A stretch of 64,000 nucleotides of DNA, from positions 1,450,992 through 1,514,991 of the forward strand of contig CP121331.1 in assembly GCA_043511425.1 (NCBI GenBank). The letters run 5' to 3'. The position numbers were made by a program, and so were the translations under genes. This document shows positions 11,350 through 20,767 of the stretch, piece by piece (positions within the stretch are counted from its first letter, which is position 1; the number at the start of each line of letters is the position of its first letter). This DNA comes from Sphingobacteriales bacterium. Lineage in GTDB: Bacteria; Bacteroidota; Bacteroidia; NS11-12g; UBA9320. The notes under the pieces are model-generated. The model ran no database searches and had not been told where the DNA came from. It was given only the letters and a program-made list of their open reading frames with translations.

Positions 11350-12696
11350 ATGTATTCAGCAGATATAAGACAGCCGCTCGTAACCGGCGGAAAAACTTAC
11401 TCCGATGTCACCGCAGACATCTGTAGACCTATTGAAAACAAACCTACCAATTCTTGGTGGTTAGGTTTTTCTATAGGCGTTCTCCTATTACTCGTACTGG
11501 TAGGTACACTAGCCTGGACCGTATGGGAAGGTATAGGTACTTGGAATACCAATAAATCAGTAATGTGGGGTTGGGATATCACCAACTTTGTATTTTGGGT
11601 AGGTATAGGTCACGCAGGAACATTGATTTCTGCCGTTCTATTACTCTTTAGACAAAAATGGAGAATGTCCATCAATAGATCCGCGGAGGCAATGACGATC
11701 TTCGCAGTATTCTGTGCGGCTATATTTCCTTTGTTTCACATGGGTCGTGTATGGTTAGGCTTTTGGCCACTTCCACTTCCGAATGCATTTGGTTCTCTTT
11801 GGGTAAACTTTAACTCTCCTCTTTTATGGGATGTATTTGCGATATCTACTTACTTATCTGTATCATTGGTATTTTGGTACTTAGGTCTTATCCCTGATAT
11901 AGCTACTGTGCGAGATAGAGCTAGCTCTAAAGCTAGAAAGTTTTGGTATGGATTTTTTGCAATGGGCTGGAATGGCTCAGCTAAGTCTTGGGGAAGATAT
12001 GAAGTCGTAGCACTCATACTTGCGGGTATATCTACTCCACTTGTACTCTCGGTACACACTATTGTATCCATGGACTTTGCTACATCGGTTATTCCGGGAT
12101 GGCATACCACGATTTTCCCACCTTACTTTGTTGCCGGTGCGATTTTCTCTGGATTCGGTATGGTACTTACCCTATTGCTCATCGCAAGACACGTGATGAA
12201 CTATTAAGATTATATCACTACAGAGCACTTAGAGGCAATGACTAAAATTATTCTGCTCACAGGATCTGTAGTAGGACTGGCATATATTACAGAATTCGTG
12301 ATCGCTGCATACTCTGGATACGAGTATGAGCAGTATGCTTTCGCCAATAGAATGTTTGGTCCCTATGCTTGGGCTTATTGGACCATGATGTTCTGTAACC
12401 TAATGGCTCCTCAAGTATTTTGGAGTAAGTGGGCTAGAACTACACCTTGGTTCATCTTCGTAATATCTATTGTAGTAAACATAGGTATGTGGTTTGAGCG
12501 TTTTGTAATTATCGTAACTTCTCTTCACAGAGATTTCTTACCAAGTAGCTGGGTAATGTATCACGCTACGTGGGTTGAGGTAGGTATATTCTTGGGAACC
12601 TTTGGATTGTTCTTCACCTGCTTCTTCTTGTTCGCTAAATTCTTGCCAGTAATCAATATGGCTGAAGTTAAAACCATCATAAAAGACACAGAGTAA
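11350..12696 (+). pseudogene. actC: Alternative complex III subunit ActC (NrfD-like quinol-binding membrane subunit), interrupted by an in-frame TAA at 12205-12207
   Basis: Track ORFs 11350-12207 and 12238-12696 are in the same frame (12208 to 12238 is 30 nt). The sequence reads ..[37 protein letters not shown].. across the stop. The joined length of 448 aa fits a 10-TM NrfD-type ActC. Confidence 0.8.
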
Positions 12697-12697
12697 C

Positions 12698-13306
12698 ATG
12701 ATTGATAAAAGTATTTTATTAGATGATAAGAAGTTTACTGTAGGCATCTTTGATGACTCAGACAAGCTACTACACGCCGTAGGTACACTAAAAAAGAAAG
12801 GTGTAAAGATATTTGATTGCTACACTCCTTTCCCTGTTCACCATTTAGACAAGGCGTTAGGATATGAAAGAACCAATATCACTATAGGTGCATTCTTATG
12901 TGGGATGTTGGGATCACTTACCGGTTTCACCTTAGCATACTCTATGAACGTAGTAGACTGGCCAATGATAATCGGTGGAAAACCACAAGATATCTCTGTT
13001 TTTACCAGTTTTATTCCGGTAATATTTGAGCTTACTATTTTATTCACAGCCTTTGGTATGGTTATCTTATTCTTTGCTAGAAGCCGAATGATACACGGTA
13101 TCAAGGAAGACTTACTATCGAGAAGACAAACAGATGATCATATGGTCATTGCTATTGATAATGCTGAGTCTCAGGACTTGTCCAATAGCGAAATCCAATC
13201 TTTGTTAACTAGTGAAGGAGCTATCGAAGTAGATGGTGCTCGTGAGTCCTTTAATACTTCTCTTACCGATGAAGAGAACCTTGTACAAAAATTAATGACG
13301 CAATAA
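12698..13306 (+). CDS. actD: Alternative complex III subunit ActD (DUF3341 membrane protein)
   Basis: 202 aa at the position expected in the operon. Soluble N-terminal domain followed by two TM helices (ITIGAFLCGMLGSLTGFTLAY, FIPVIFELTILFTAFGMVILFF). Confidence 0.75.
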   Translation: MIDKSILLDDKKFTVGIFDDSDKLLHAVGTLKKKGVKIFDCYTPFPVHHLDKALGYERTNITIGAFLCGMLGSLTGFTLAYSMNVVDWPMIIGGKPQDISVFTSFIPVIFELTILFTAFGMVILFFARSRMIHGIKEDLLSRRQTDDHMVIAIDNAESQDLSNSEIQSLLTSEGAIEVDGARESFNTSLTDEENLVQKLMTQ

Positions 13307-13310
13307 TCCG

Positions 13311-14012
13311 ATGAAACTAAACAATATATTAAAGTACGGAATTATCCTTGGCATCCCAGCTCTCAGCATGGTGTCTTGTGTAAGCTCTGGAGATAATCCG
13401 GGTATTGAGTATGCACCTAACATGTATATCTCTCAAGCTTATGAACCATTTAGTCAAGAAAAGAAGTTTGATAATAATCCAAATGGAATGACGATGAGAA
13501 TGCCGGTAAAAGGCACCGTAGCTCGTGGTCAAGCTTCATTCATTTATCCTAACCCAAATACTGGTGATGGATATGCTATTAGTGCTGATTATAAACCTTG
13601 GATTGCTGCTACAGAAGATAATGTAGCTGAAGGCGAGCGATTATACAATATCTACTGCTGGTCTTGTCATGGTAAGAAGGGTAAAAATGATGGACCTATT
13701 TTTAAATCTAAAAAAATACCCGCTCCATCTTGGCCAGACTACCAGTCTGATTATATCAAAGAATTACCTGTAGGAAAGGCATATCATACCATTACTTATG
13801 GGAAAGGTCTAATGGGATCTCACGCATTTATGCTCAATCCAGAGTAGAGATGGAAAGTAATCCATTATGTAAAATCACTCGCTTTCGGAGATGCATTTAC
13901 CTATGCTGAGCCTAATGCAAATCTCATTTCTTTAGATGAAGCTATGGGCACCAATAACAACACTAGCTTGGATAGCCAGGCTACTGGAACAGTAGAATTC
14001 GAAACTTTATAA
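13311..14012 (+). pseudogene. actE: Alternative complex III subunit ActE (monoheme cytochrome c lipoprotein), interrupted by an in-frame TAG at 13845-13847
   Basis: Lipobox LSMVSC, heme motif CWSCHG and Met-ligand region GKGLMGSH. The frame continues after the TAG as RWKVIHYVKSLAFGD.. to a TAA at 14010-14012. RWKVIHYVKSL is the conserved C-terminal helix of class I cytochrome c. Confidence 0.75.
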
Positions 14013-14031
14013 CTAAACGAAACTTAATACA

Positions 14032-15453
14032 ATGGGACACCATATCATAAAAGAAGTATCGCAAGAAAAATTTGTATTCACAGGGAGAGCTAAGATGGTT
14101 GCCATCGGGCTTTTCCTAATAGGAGCTATACTAGCAGGTGTAGGAGCTATGGATGTGAAGAACAATTGGGACAGTATAGGTCAGCATGCTACAGAAGATG
14201 TGCACACTGAAGAGGCTGCAGAGGCTCACGAAGATGCTGGTCATAACGATCATCATGCTACATTGGCTGACGCTAATCCACACGCAGAGGAAGGACATAC
14301 AGAAACTGCTCACGGTGAAGCAGCTCACGGTGATCACCACGCTCCTACTTGGATGAACAGAGTTTGGGCTAATCTACTTATGAATAGCTATTACTTCTGG
14401 TTATTCTCAGTAGCTGCTATATTTTTCATAGCAGTAAACTATGTTGCTAATGCAGGATGGGCTGTTATGCTGAAAAGGGTAATGGAAGCTCAGAGTGCTT
14501 ACCTCTTAATAGGATCGATCCTATTGGTTGGAATCATATTAGGAGCTAAAGATACACTTTACCATTGGGTACAGTACTTTCACAGTGCAGCCGCAGGTGA
14601 TGAATCTGCAGCTGGATACGATGCTATTTTGGAAAGTAAAGCCTGGTTGCTTAACAACACCTCTATTTTCTTCTTCATACCTTTCGTACTTATAGTATGG
14701 ATACTTATTCGTATGAAACTAAGAAGAAACAGTGTAGCGGAAGATGAAAACAAAGGGCTTAGTATGTTCAAGAACTCTACTCGTTGGTCTGCAGGATTTA
14801 TATTCTTCTTTGCATTCTCATTCTCAGCGTTATCGTGGTTAATCATTATGAGTATAGACGCTCATTGGTATTCTACGATGTTCTCTGTATATAATTTTGC
14901 TATATCCTTCGTAACTGGACTATCTGTAATGATGGTTATTGTACAATACTTGAAAGCTAAAGGGTATATGGAAATGGTATCTGACGAGGTCGTTCACGAT
15001 TTAGGTAAGTTTATGTTTGCATTCTGTATCTTCTGGGGTTACATATTTTTAAGTCAGTGGTTACTTATATGGTACACGAACCTTCCTGAGGAGACGGTAT
15101 ACTTTGCGGCTAGACTAGAAGGCGGATACAAAACGCTATTCGCAGTAAATATATTTATGTGCTTCTTAGCTCCATTCCTTGTCCTTATGATGAGAAACGC
15201 TAAGCGTTCACCTAAAGTACTATTGACAGCAGCAGCAGTAATCTTAATCGGGCATTGGGTAGATACTTATTTACTTATTATGCCAGGAACTGTAGGAGAT
15301 AAAGCAGGAATTGGAATGTTAGAAATAGGAACTACTATGGCATTTGCAGAAATATTTATTTACGTGGTACTTAATTCATTAAGTAAAGCGAATATGTATC
15401 CTATCAATCACCCATACGTACTAGAGTCTGCAAACCACGATGTTGGACCATAA
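14032..15453 (+). CDS. actF: Alternative complex III subunit ActF (second NrfD-like membrane subunit)
   Basis: 473 aa, polytopic, last gene of the act cluster. It has a His/Glu/Ala-rich loop near the N-terminus (about 14182-14347). Confidence 0.8.
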   Translation: MGHHIIKEVSQEKFVFTGRAKMVAIGLFLIGAILAGVGAMDVKNNWDSIGQHATEDVHTEEAAEAHEDAGHNDHHATLADANPHAEEGHTETAHGEAAHGDHHAPTWMNRVWANLLMNSYYFWLFSVAAIFFIAVNYVANAGWAVMLKRVMEAQSAYLLIGSILLVGIILGAKDTLYHWVQYFHSAAAGDESAAGYDAILESKAWLLNNTSIFFFIPFVLIVWILIRMKLRRNSVAEDENKGLSMFKNSTRWSAGFIFFFAFSFSALSWLIIMSIDAHWYSTMFSVYNFAISFVTGLSVMMVIVQYLKAKGYMEMVSDEVVHDLGKFMFAFCIFWGYIFLSQWLLIWYTNLPEETVYFAARLEGGYKTLFAVNIFMCFLAPFLVLMMRNAKRSPKVLLTAAAVILIGHWVDTYLLIMPGTVGDKAGIGMLEIGTTMAFAEIFIYVVLNSLSKANMYPINHPYVLESANHDVGP

Positions 15454-15473
15454 GATTCACACGAACTAGTAAA

Positions 15474-15506
15474 AAGGCTTTGCACAATGTTCAAAGCCTT
15501 TTTTTT
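15474..15506 (+). terminator. Rho-independent terminator after actF
   Basis: Stem aaggctttg / caaagcctt (9 bp) with a 9-nt loop, followed by a run of eight T. Confidence 0.65.
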
Positions 15507-15559
15507 GCGCCTTACCGTTTTATGTAACCTAGGATAACTTTAACCTTCATGTTTACAGT

Positions 15560-15567
15560 TACTTTTG
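15560..15567 (+). promoter_or_regulatory. Candidate -7 box (TAnnTTTG)
   Basis: The sequence tacttttg ends 7 nt before the ATG at 15575. Confidence 0.35.
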
Positions 15568-15574
15568 TTTTACC

Positions 15575-16162
15575 ATGAACAAGCATTTCGTCTTTACCGT
15601 TATAGTAGCTCTCCTATTTACTTTTATAGGATGCAGCGGTCCCACTAACACATCCACGACTGAACACAAACCACCAGTAGACACTGATCTCCCACTAGGC
15701 AAAGAAATAGCACTAGCTACCAAAGCAGTATGGGGTAAACACCTGACCCATGCAATCCAAACAAAAGGCACCGCAGGAGCAGTAGATTTTTGCAGTTTAC
15801 AAGCCATATCTCTTACAGACAGTGTGGGTCTTGTGAAGCATGCAAAGGTTTCTCGTTTAAGTGATTTGCCACGTAACCCCAATAACTTCGCTAGTGAACC
15901 TTTTTTATCACAGATAAGCACCTATAAGACACAACTTCTAAATGGAGACAAATTAAATGGAAATAGTATCCTGCATGAGGGTAAAGAATACCACTGCTAC
16001 CCTATCGTGACTAACGGAATGTGCTTGCAATGCCACGGCAAGAAAGGAACTGACATTGCTCCCGAAACATTGAAGGTGCTAAATGAAAAATATCCCAATG
16101 ACCTCGCCACTGGGTATTCAGCAAATCAGCTACGTGGTATTTGGGTAGTAGAAATGAACTAA
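15575..16162 (+). CDS. Heme c-binding lipoprotein, DUF3365 (Tll0287-like) family
   Basis: 195 aa. Lipobox FTFIGCSG and a single CXXCH (CLQCHG) near the C-terminus, followed by GYS.NQLRG.W..E, which is typical of DUF3365. Confidence 0.55.
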   Translation: MNKHFVFTVIVALLFTFIGCSGPTNTSTTEHKPPVDTDLPLGKEIALATKAVWGKHLTHAIQTKGTAGAVDFCSLQAISLTDSVGLVKHAKVSRLSDLPRNPNNFASEPFLSQISTYKTQLLNGDKLNGNSILHEGKEYHCYPIVTNGMCLQCHGKKGTDIAPETLKVLNEKYPNDLATGYSANQLRGIWVVEMN

Positions 16163-17017
16163 AACGAGTAGGCAAATCCTGCCGTCACCGTACCAAAATG
16201 CAGCCAATTTTTCACATAGCCATCACTCGGCCCTGTAGGGTTATTAGACGTACCAACCGCTCCACCACCTAAGTAGCGTAGGTTTAAAAATCCGTCTACT
16301 TCCTTTGTGAGCTTAAGACCTCCACGCAAGCTCGCATCTAAAATAGCTCCCACTATTTCCGTAGTACTCCCATTCAAATAGCTTACTGGAGCATATATTC
16401 CATCCGCTTCAAGCTCTCCATAGACTCTCTCATTAAATAAATAACGGCTTCTAATCTTTAGAGCGGGCACTACACCTAGATCTCGATTGGTTCTAAAACG
16501 TGTGCCATCCAGTGATTCAAAAGATATTGTGGCATTTCGTAACTGTACCGTACCACCTATTCCTAAGCTCCACTTATCGTTTTTGGGCATTACCTCGCGG
16601 AGATAACTAAATCGGTAAAAAGGAAAATTGTACAACAGCTTCACACTACTGGTAGCAGGATATACTAAATCATCAACTACCAAATCCTCATTGAGGTACA
16701 CCTGAGACTCTAAGCGTAAAGGTTGTATCAAAAAAAATAAATGTATTGCGATTGTTTACTTCTAATTCTAAAGATGGTCTGAAAATAGGAAACAGCACAT
16801 CTTGACCGCCATCTTTTTTATAGTCAAAGTACGTACCTGTATTGCCAAACTGTACTTTGTGATCAAATACACCCAAGAATCCGATTTCGGCTACCATTTT
16901 TAGGGTATAGTTTCCTTTTGTAAAGGAAGTACTTGGCTGATCCTGTGCAAAGGAAATAATTGAACTAAAGACTAAGATAAGTCCAACTACGGCTGATGAT
17001 AAGGTCTTGTATGTCAT
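16159..17017 (-). pseudogene. Outer-membrane beta-barrel protein, frameshifted at an A8 run (16730-16737 on the plus strand)
   Basis: ORFs 16688-17059 and 16159-16731 overlap. Removing one T from the coding-strand T8 joins ..NNRNTFIF to LIQPLRLESQVYLNEDL... Signal peptide ..VFSSIISFAQD, alternating beta-strand pattern, and C-terminal ..AGFAYSF ending in Phe. Confidence 0.6.
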
Positions 17018-17105
17018 ACTATTTAAAAATCCAAATGTAGTGAATGTCCGAGTGTTCACGACTCGTCTAATATACGCTAATTACCACTTAAGCCCTAGCT
17101 CCTGC

Positions 17106-17519
17106 TTAATGAGGGAGTTTATCTTTCAATAGACCATAAACATAGGTGCCCGCTAGTGCACTTAAAATAACGGCTATGAATACCGTAAAACCATTACCTA
17201 TCAGCGTATACATAGGTCCAGGACACGCACCGGTAAGCGCCCATCCAAATCCAAACACTATTCCACCATAGAGATAACGGGCAACACTCATTTCTTTTTC
17301 CACTATTTTGATCTTCTGACCATCACTATTCCTAATTTCTTTGCGCTTGATCCACTGAACTACAATCAATCCCACAACTAAAGCCGAGCCTATTATACCA
17401 TACATATGAAATGCTTGAAAGCGAAACATTTCTTGTATGCGATACCACGATATTGCTTCTGACTTAGTCATTACAATCCCAAAAAGGATACCGATGAGCA
17501 AAAATTTAATGAATTTCAT
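17106..17519 (-). CDS. YeeE/YedE family sulfur-compound transporter, small subunit
   Basis: 137 aa with 4 TM helices and the motif GACPGP, typical of the DUF395/YeeE family. Confidence 0.7.
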   Translation of the reverse strand: MKFIKFLLIGILFGIVMTKSEAISWYRIQEMFRFQAFHMYGIIGSALVVGLIVVQWIKRKEIRNSDGQKIKIVEKEMSVARYLYGGIVFGFGWALTGACPGPMYTLIGNGFTVFIAVILSALAGTYVYGLLKDKLPH

Positions 17520-17525
17520 AGGTAT

Positions 17526-18083
17526 TTAAAAAAGAATGGGGAAAATGAAGTGTGTCATAAATAGTCCGCCAATAAAAAAGCCTATCACCGCTATGAGAGA
17601 TGGTAGCTGCAAATTAGACAACCCGGTTATGGCATGGCCTGACGTACACCCTCCCGCCCAGCGTGCACCAAAACCCACAAAAAAACCACCCAGAATAATA
17701 ACCACAAAACCTTTTAAACTAAGAATACTTTCCCACGTAAACAGTTCTAATGGAGCTATACCTCCATCAAAGGGAATATCCAACGCTTTGAGATCTTTAA
17801 TCGTTTCTTCACTGATTTGTATAGACTCGGGGTTATTCAAAAATGTGGTGGCGATAAAACCCCCAACTATGGCTCCAAGGACAAAAACCAGCCCCCATTT
17901 TTTACTTTTCCAATCCTGGTCAAAATAATTACAGTGTCTTCCTGCTCCGGCCATACTGCATATACTTCTCAAAGTAGTACTCACACCAAAGCTCTCCCCT
18001 GCTCTAAGCATTAGAAACATGACCAACGCTATTAACGGTCCAGAAACATACCACGGCCACGCGTTACTCAATAATTCAGACAT
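17526..18083 (-). CDS. YeeE/YedE family sulfur-compound transporter, large subunit
   Basis: 185 aa, polytopic, with the motif WAGGCTSGHAITG. Paired with the downstream half-transporter. Confidence 0.7.
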   Translation of the reverse strand: MSELLSNAWPWYVSGPLIALVMFLMLRAGESFGVSTTLRSICSMAGAGRHCNYFDQDWKSKKWGLVFVLGAIVGGFIATTFLNNPESIQISEETIKDLKALDIPFDGGIAPLELFTWESILSLKGFVVIILGGFFVGFGARWAGGCTSGHAITGLSNLQLPSLIAVIGFFIGGLFMTHFIFPILF

Positions 18084-18142
18084 TTATTCGTTTTTAGCAC
18101 TAGTAAACTTAACTGCGATACTACCATTTTGTTTGCTTAAGT

Positions 18143-18166
18143 ATGGATATTTATCTAAATATCCAT
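18143..18166. promoter_or_regulatory. Perfect 10-bp inverted repeat with a 4-nt spacer (atggatattt atct aaatatccat); candidate operator upstream of the yeeE pair
   Basis: Read directly from the sequence. It lies about 60-80 nt upstream of the start at 18083. On the coding strand a TAAGTTTA -7-like box lies between it and the start codon. Confidence 0.35.
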
Positions 18167-18355
18167 GCTGTGGCCCTCTTCATCATTATGAAAAGGTTTA
18201 GTAAATTCCATCTAGCTTGTTACTTCACTACTGATCGCACGTGAAGTTCTCCTTACAACAGATTACGTCATTCGTCCGCTCATTCCGTTTAGAACTGCCG
18301 TAGCTCCGGTTAAGGCGGCTATTTTATAACCTATTACGCCTCTTTACTCGAACCG

Positions 18356-20549
18356 TTACATTATGATCCACTTTACACTTTCTCCGTTAAACTGTATTAT
18401 ATATTCTCCCGGAACCAAGTTTTGAATTAGTGTATTCCCTTCTAGCTTAAACTCATAGGACTTACCTTGCAGATCAACTATTTTCAAATCAGAAGCTTTC
18501 AACTGCTTTTTGCTAATAAGAGTCACGGATGATCCCATCAAAGATGGATTGGGATACACCTTGAGACGGGCATCCGCAGCATTGTGATATAAGGATACAT
18601 ATGTAGAATACTCTTTCCGATCATCATAGTCCACCATTTTTAGCCTGTATGTATTCGGGCCAAAACTAAGATTCGTATCCCAGGCAGAGTAATAGGAAAT
18701 TTCACTTGTGTTGTGATTCCCTTCTACTTTAGCGATAGTCTCCCAGGTATTATTGGGTTCTTTTTTCTCAAGTTCAAAGTGACTAAAGTTAATTTCTTGA
18801 GCGGTAGCCCATTCTAGTAGTCCATTGTCATTTGAGATATACCCAGAAAAATGTGTAAGCATAACGGGTAAATTACTTAACGGAAGAGCCTCTGTGAAAC
18901 TTCCTGTAGCGTTATTGAAGTATGATCCAGTAATTGTATTTTCTAGCTGCGTATAACTAATATAGTACTTATCACCAGTCACCCCTGCGTCGTCTGTATA
19001 GGTAGTGTCTAGCCCTGTAAGGTTTGCCTCCAACAAGTATTCATCTGCGTCTAAATTATATTTATAGACTTGTATAGCAGTGATGTCTGCTACAGGAAGT
19101 GACCAAAAAAGGTCTACTTGGGTTCCTGCGGTATTTTCATACGCCACTAAATCATTAACTACCGGTAGGTATTCACTTCTCAGTGTAGGATCTCCGAGTA
19201 ACGCCATATGTATACCATTACCATACATCCCTTCAGTGTCATACATAGGAGCTCCAGTCTTACTGGAGTTTTCTATGGATAGCTGTGTACTATACCCTAT
19301 CGGATTATTCATTCCCATATGATGAAAAAACCAATTGGGTCTTCCTGCCCAAGCAGTCGTCAGTAACTTTCCATTGGCCATGGCAGAGCGCATTAGATTA
19401 TCAGAAGTATTCCAATCTCCAAAATAGCTACCAAAAAGCATAGAGAATATTCCTTGATAGGTTGTTTGATGTAAATCAGTAATGCTTCCAAATCCAGCAA
19501 TACTTGTATCCGTTCCTGGTCCACATACGTAGCTCCACTTATACGTATTTAAGCTAAGTCCTGTCAATACGTCAAATGTATAGGCTCCACTTGCGCATAA
19601 ACTGGTGAAATTACCATAGCCGTTTCCAGCAAATCCTTCAGACAAGGTTGAAAAGTTATCTTCGACAATTCCTTGATCCAGATAGGCTAAATTTCCTCTT
19701 TTATATGCTGAAGCCTTATTTAAATACCCCTGCATCATCTGCAGCTCCGAATTCGGTGACTTAGGTAAATTATAAAAATCAACTCGAGATATAGGACAAT
19801 ACAACTCAGTAGTTATCGTATTTTGATCAAATTTACCATCTCCGATGGTATTCTCATTCTGAGGTCTGGATGTATTCAGTTGATTTATTGTATTGTCAGT
19901 CCAATCTGAAGCGGGAGTTACGTAGTATAGATCTGTGGGCCAAGCACCGAGATGGTCTATGTGTGCGATACGGCACTGGAAGGTGACCTATGAGGTATAC
20001 TGCATCAAGAGCAACTATATTATGTACACTATCTATTCTGATCTTTAGAGAACTAACGTTACCTTGAGAGCTATGTTCTATAACGATGGGGTTCCATCTG
20101 TCACTAATTAGGTCCTTAGTGAGTTCTTCCATTTGAACGGATAATCCTGAACTGAGCCGGTTGTCTAACACTACAAGAATGTCTCCTCTACTCGTCACTT
20201 GCTCTACCTCAAATCCTGCAGAAATATAGCCGTACTGTGTTCCCGAATAGCTGGAAGAAGTTGCTTCAAATTTATACTCATACTCGGTATTTGCTCTAAA
20301 TCTACTATCTGTATAAGTACTATCTTCTACGCCCGAGGCAATTCTGGACCACACATTTCTCCTTTTTAGCTTTCTGTAAATAGTGGTACTCGTCGTACCG
20401 CTACTAGACCAGTCAAAAGAAATAGAATTCTTGGATACTGCTGTTTTCGTCACGTACAGAACTCTGTCCTGACTAGCTGTTTGTGCTTCAGCATAATCAA
20501 CGATGTTAACAACAATTAAGAGCGAGATAATAAGTGATCTTAGATTCAT
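18356..20549 (-). pseudogene. T9SS cargo protein (signal peptide, FN3-like domain, possible clan-CD/C25-like peptidase fold, T9SS C-terminal domain), paralog A; frameshifted
   Basis: ORFs 19896-20549 and 18356-19804 are two frames of one gene. Relative to paralog B, 24 nt (encoding SGNTAPDG) are replaced by 4 nt at 19964-19967. After GHLPVPY the correct frame reads HIDHLGAWPTDLYYVTPASDWTD. The C-terminus VYPNPS...GEYIIQF.. is a T9SS type A sorting domain. Confidence 0.7.
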
Positions 20550-20767
20550 GATGCTTTAAACTTTTCCCAAAGTTGATCAAACAATATTCATTTTGGAACA
20601 AGTTATTCGAAATCATAACCTGAAATGATTCATATCATTCACCATCTGTGATGGTGTCTAAAAACTGAACAGCTTGCAGGCAAGAACTTTCTCTAAGCAA
20701 TCAAACCTAATCCTATTAACAACCCAAGTTCGATAAAACGGGGGTTATGATTACACTAATTATTTCC

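Noticed and set aside
14182-14347. The His/Glu/Ala-rich loop in ActF (HATEDVHTEEAAEAHEDAGHNDHH..HGEAAHGDHH) as a novel metal-binding insertion.
   Set aside because: As far as I recall, similar His-rich low-complexity loops occur in ActF of other Bacteroidota. Without an alignment I cannot claim novelty.
15454-18083. A functional link between ACIII and the downstream genes (DUF3365 heme protein, OMP, YeeE/YedE) as a sulfur-oxidation module. Also the absence of the caa3 oxidase genes that often follow act operons.
   Set aside because: A strong terminator separates actF from these genes, and they are in mixed orientation. Adjacency alone is not evidence, and the oxidase genes may simply lie elsewhere.
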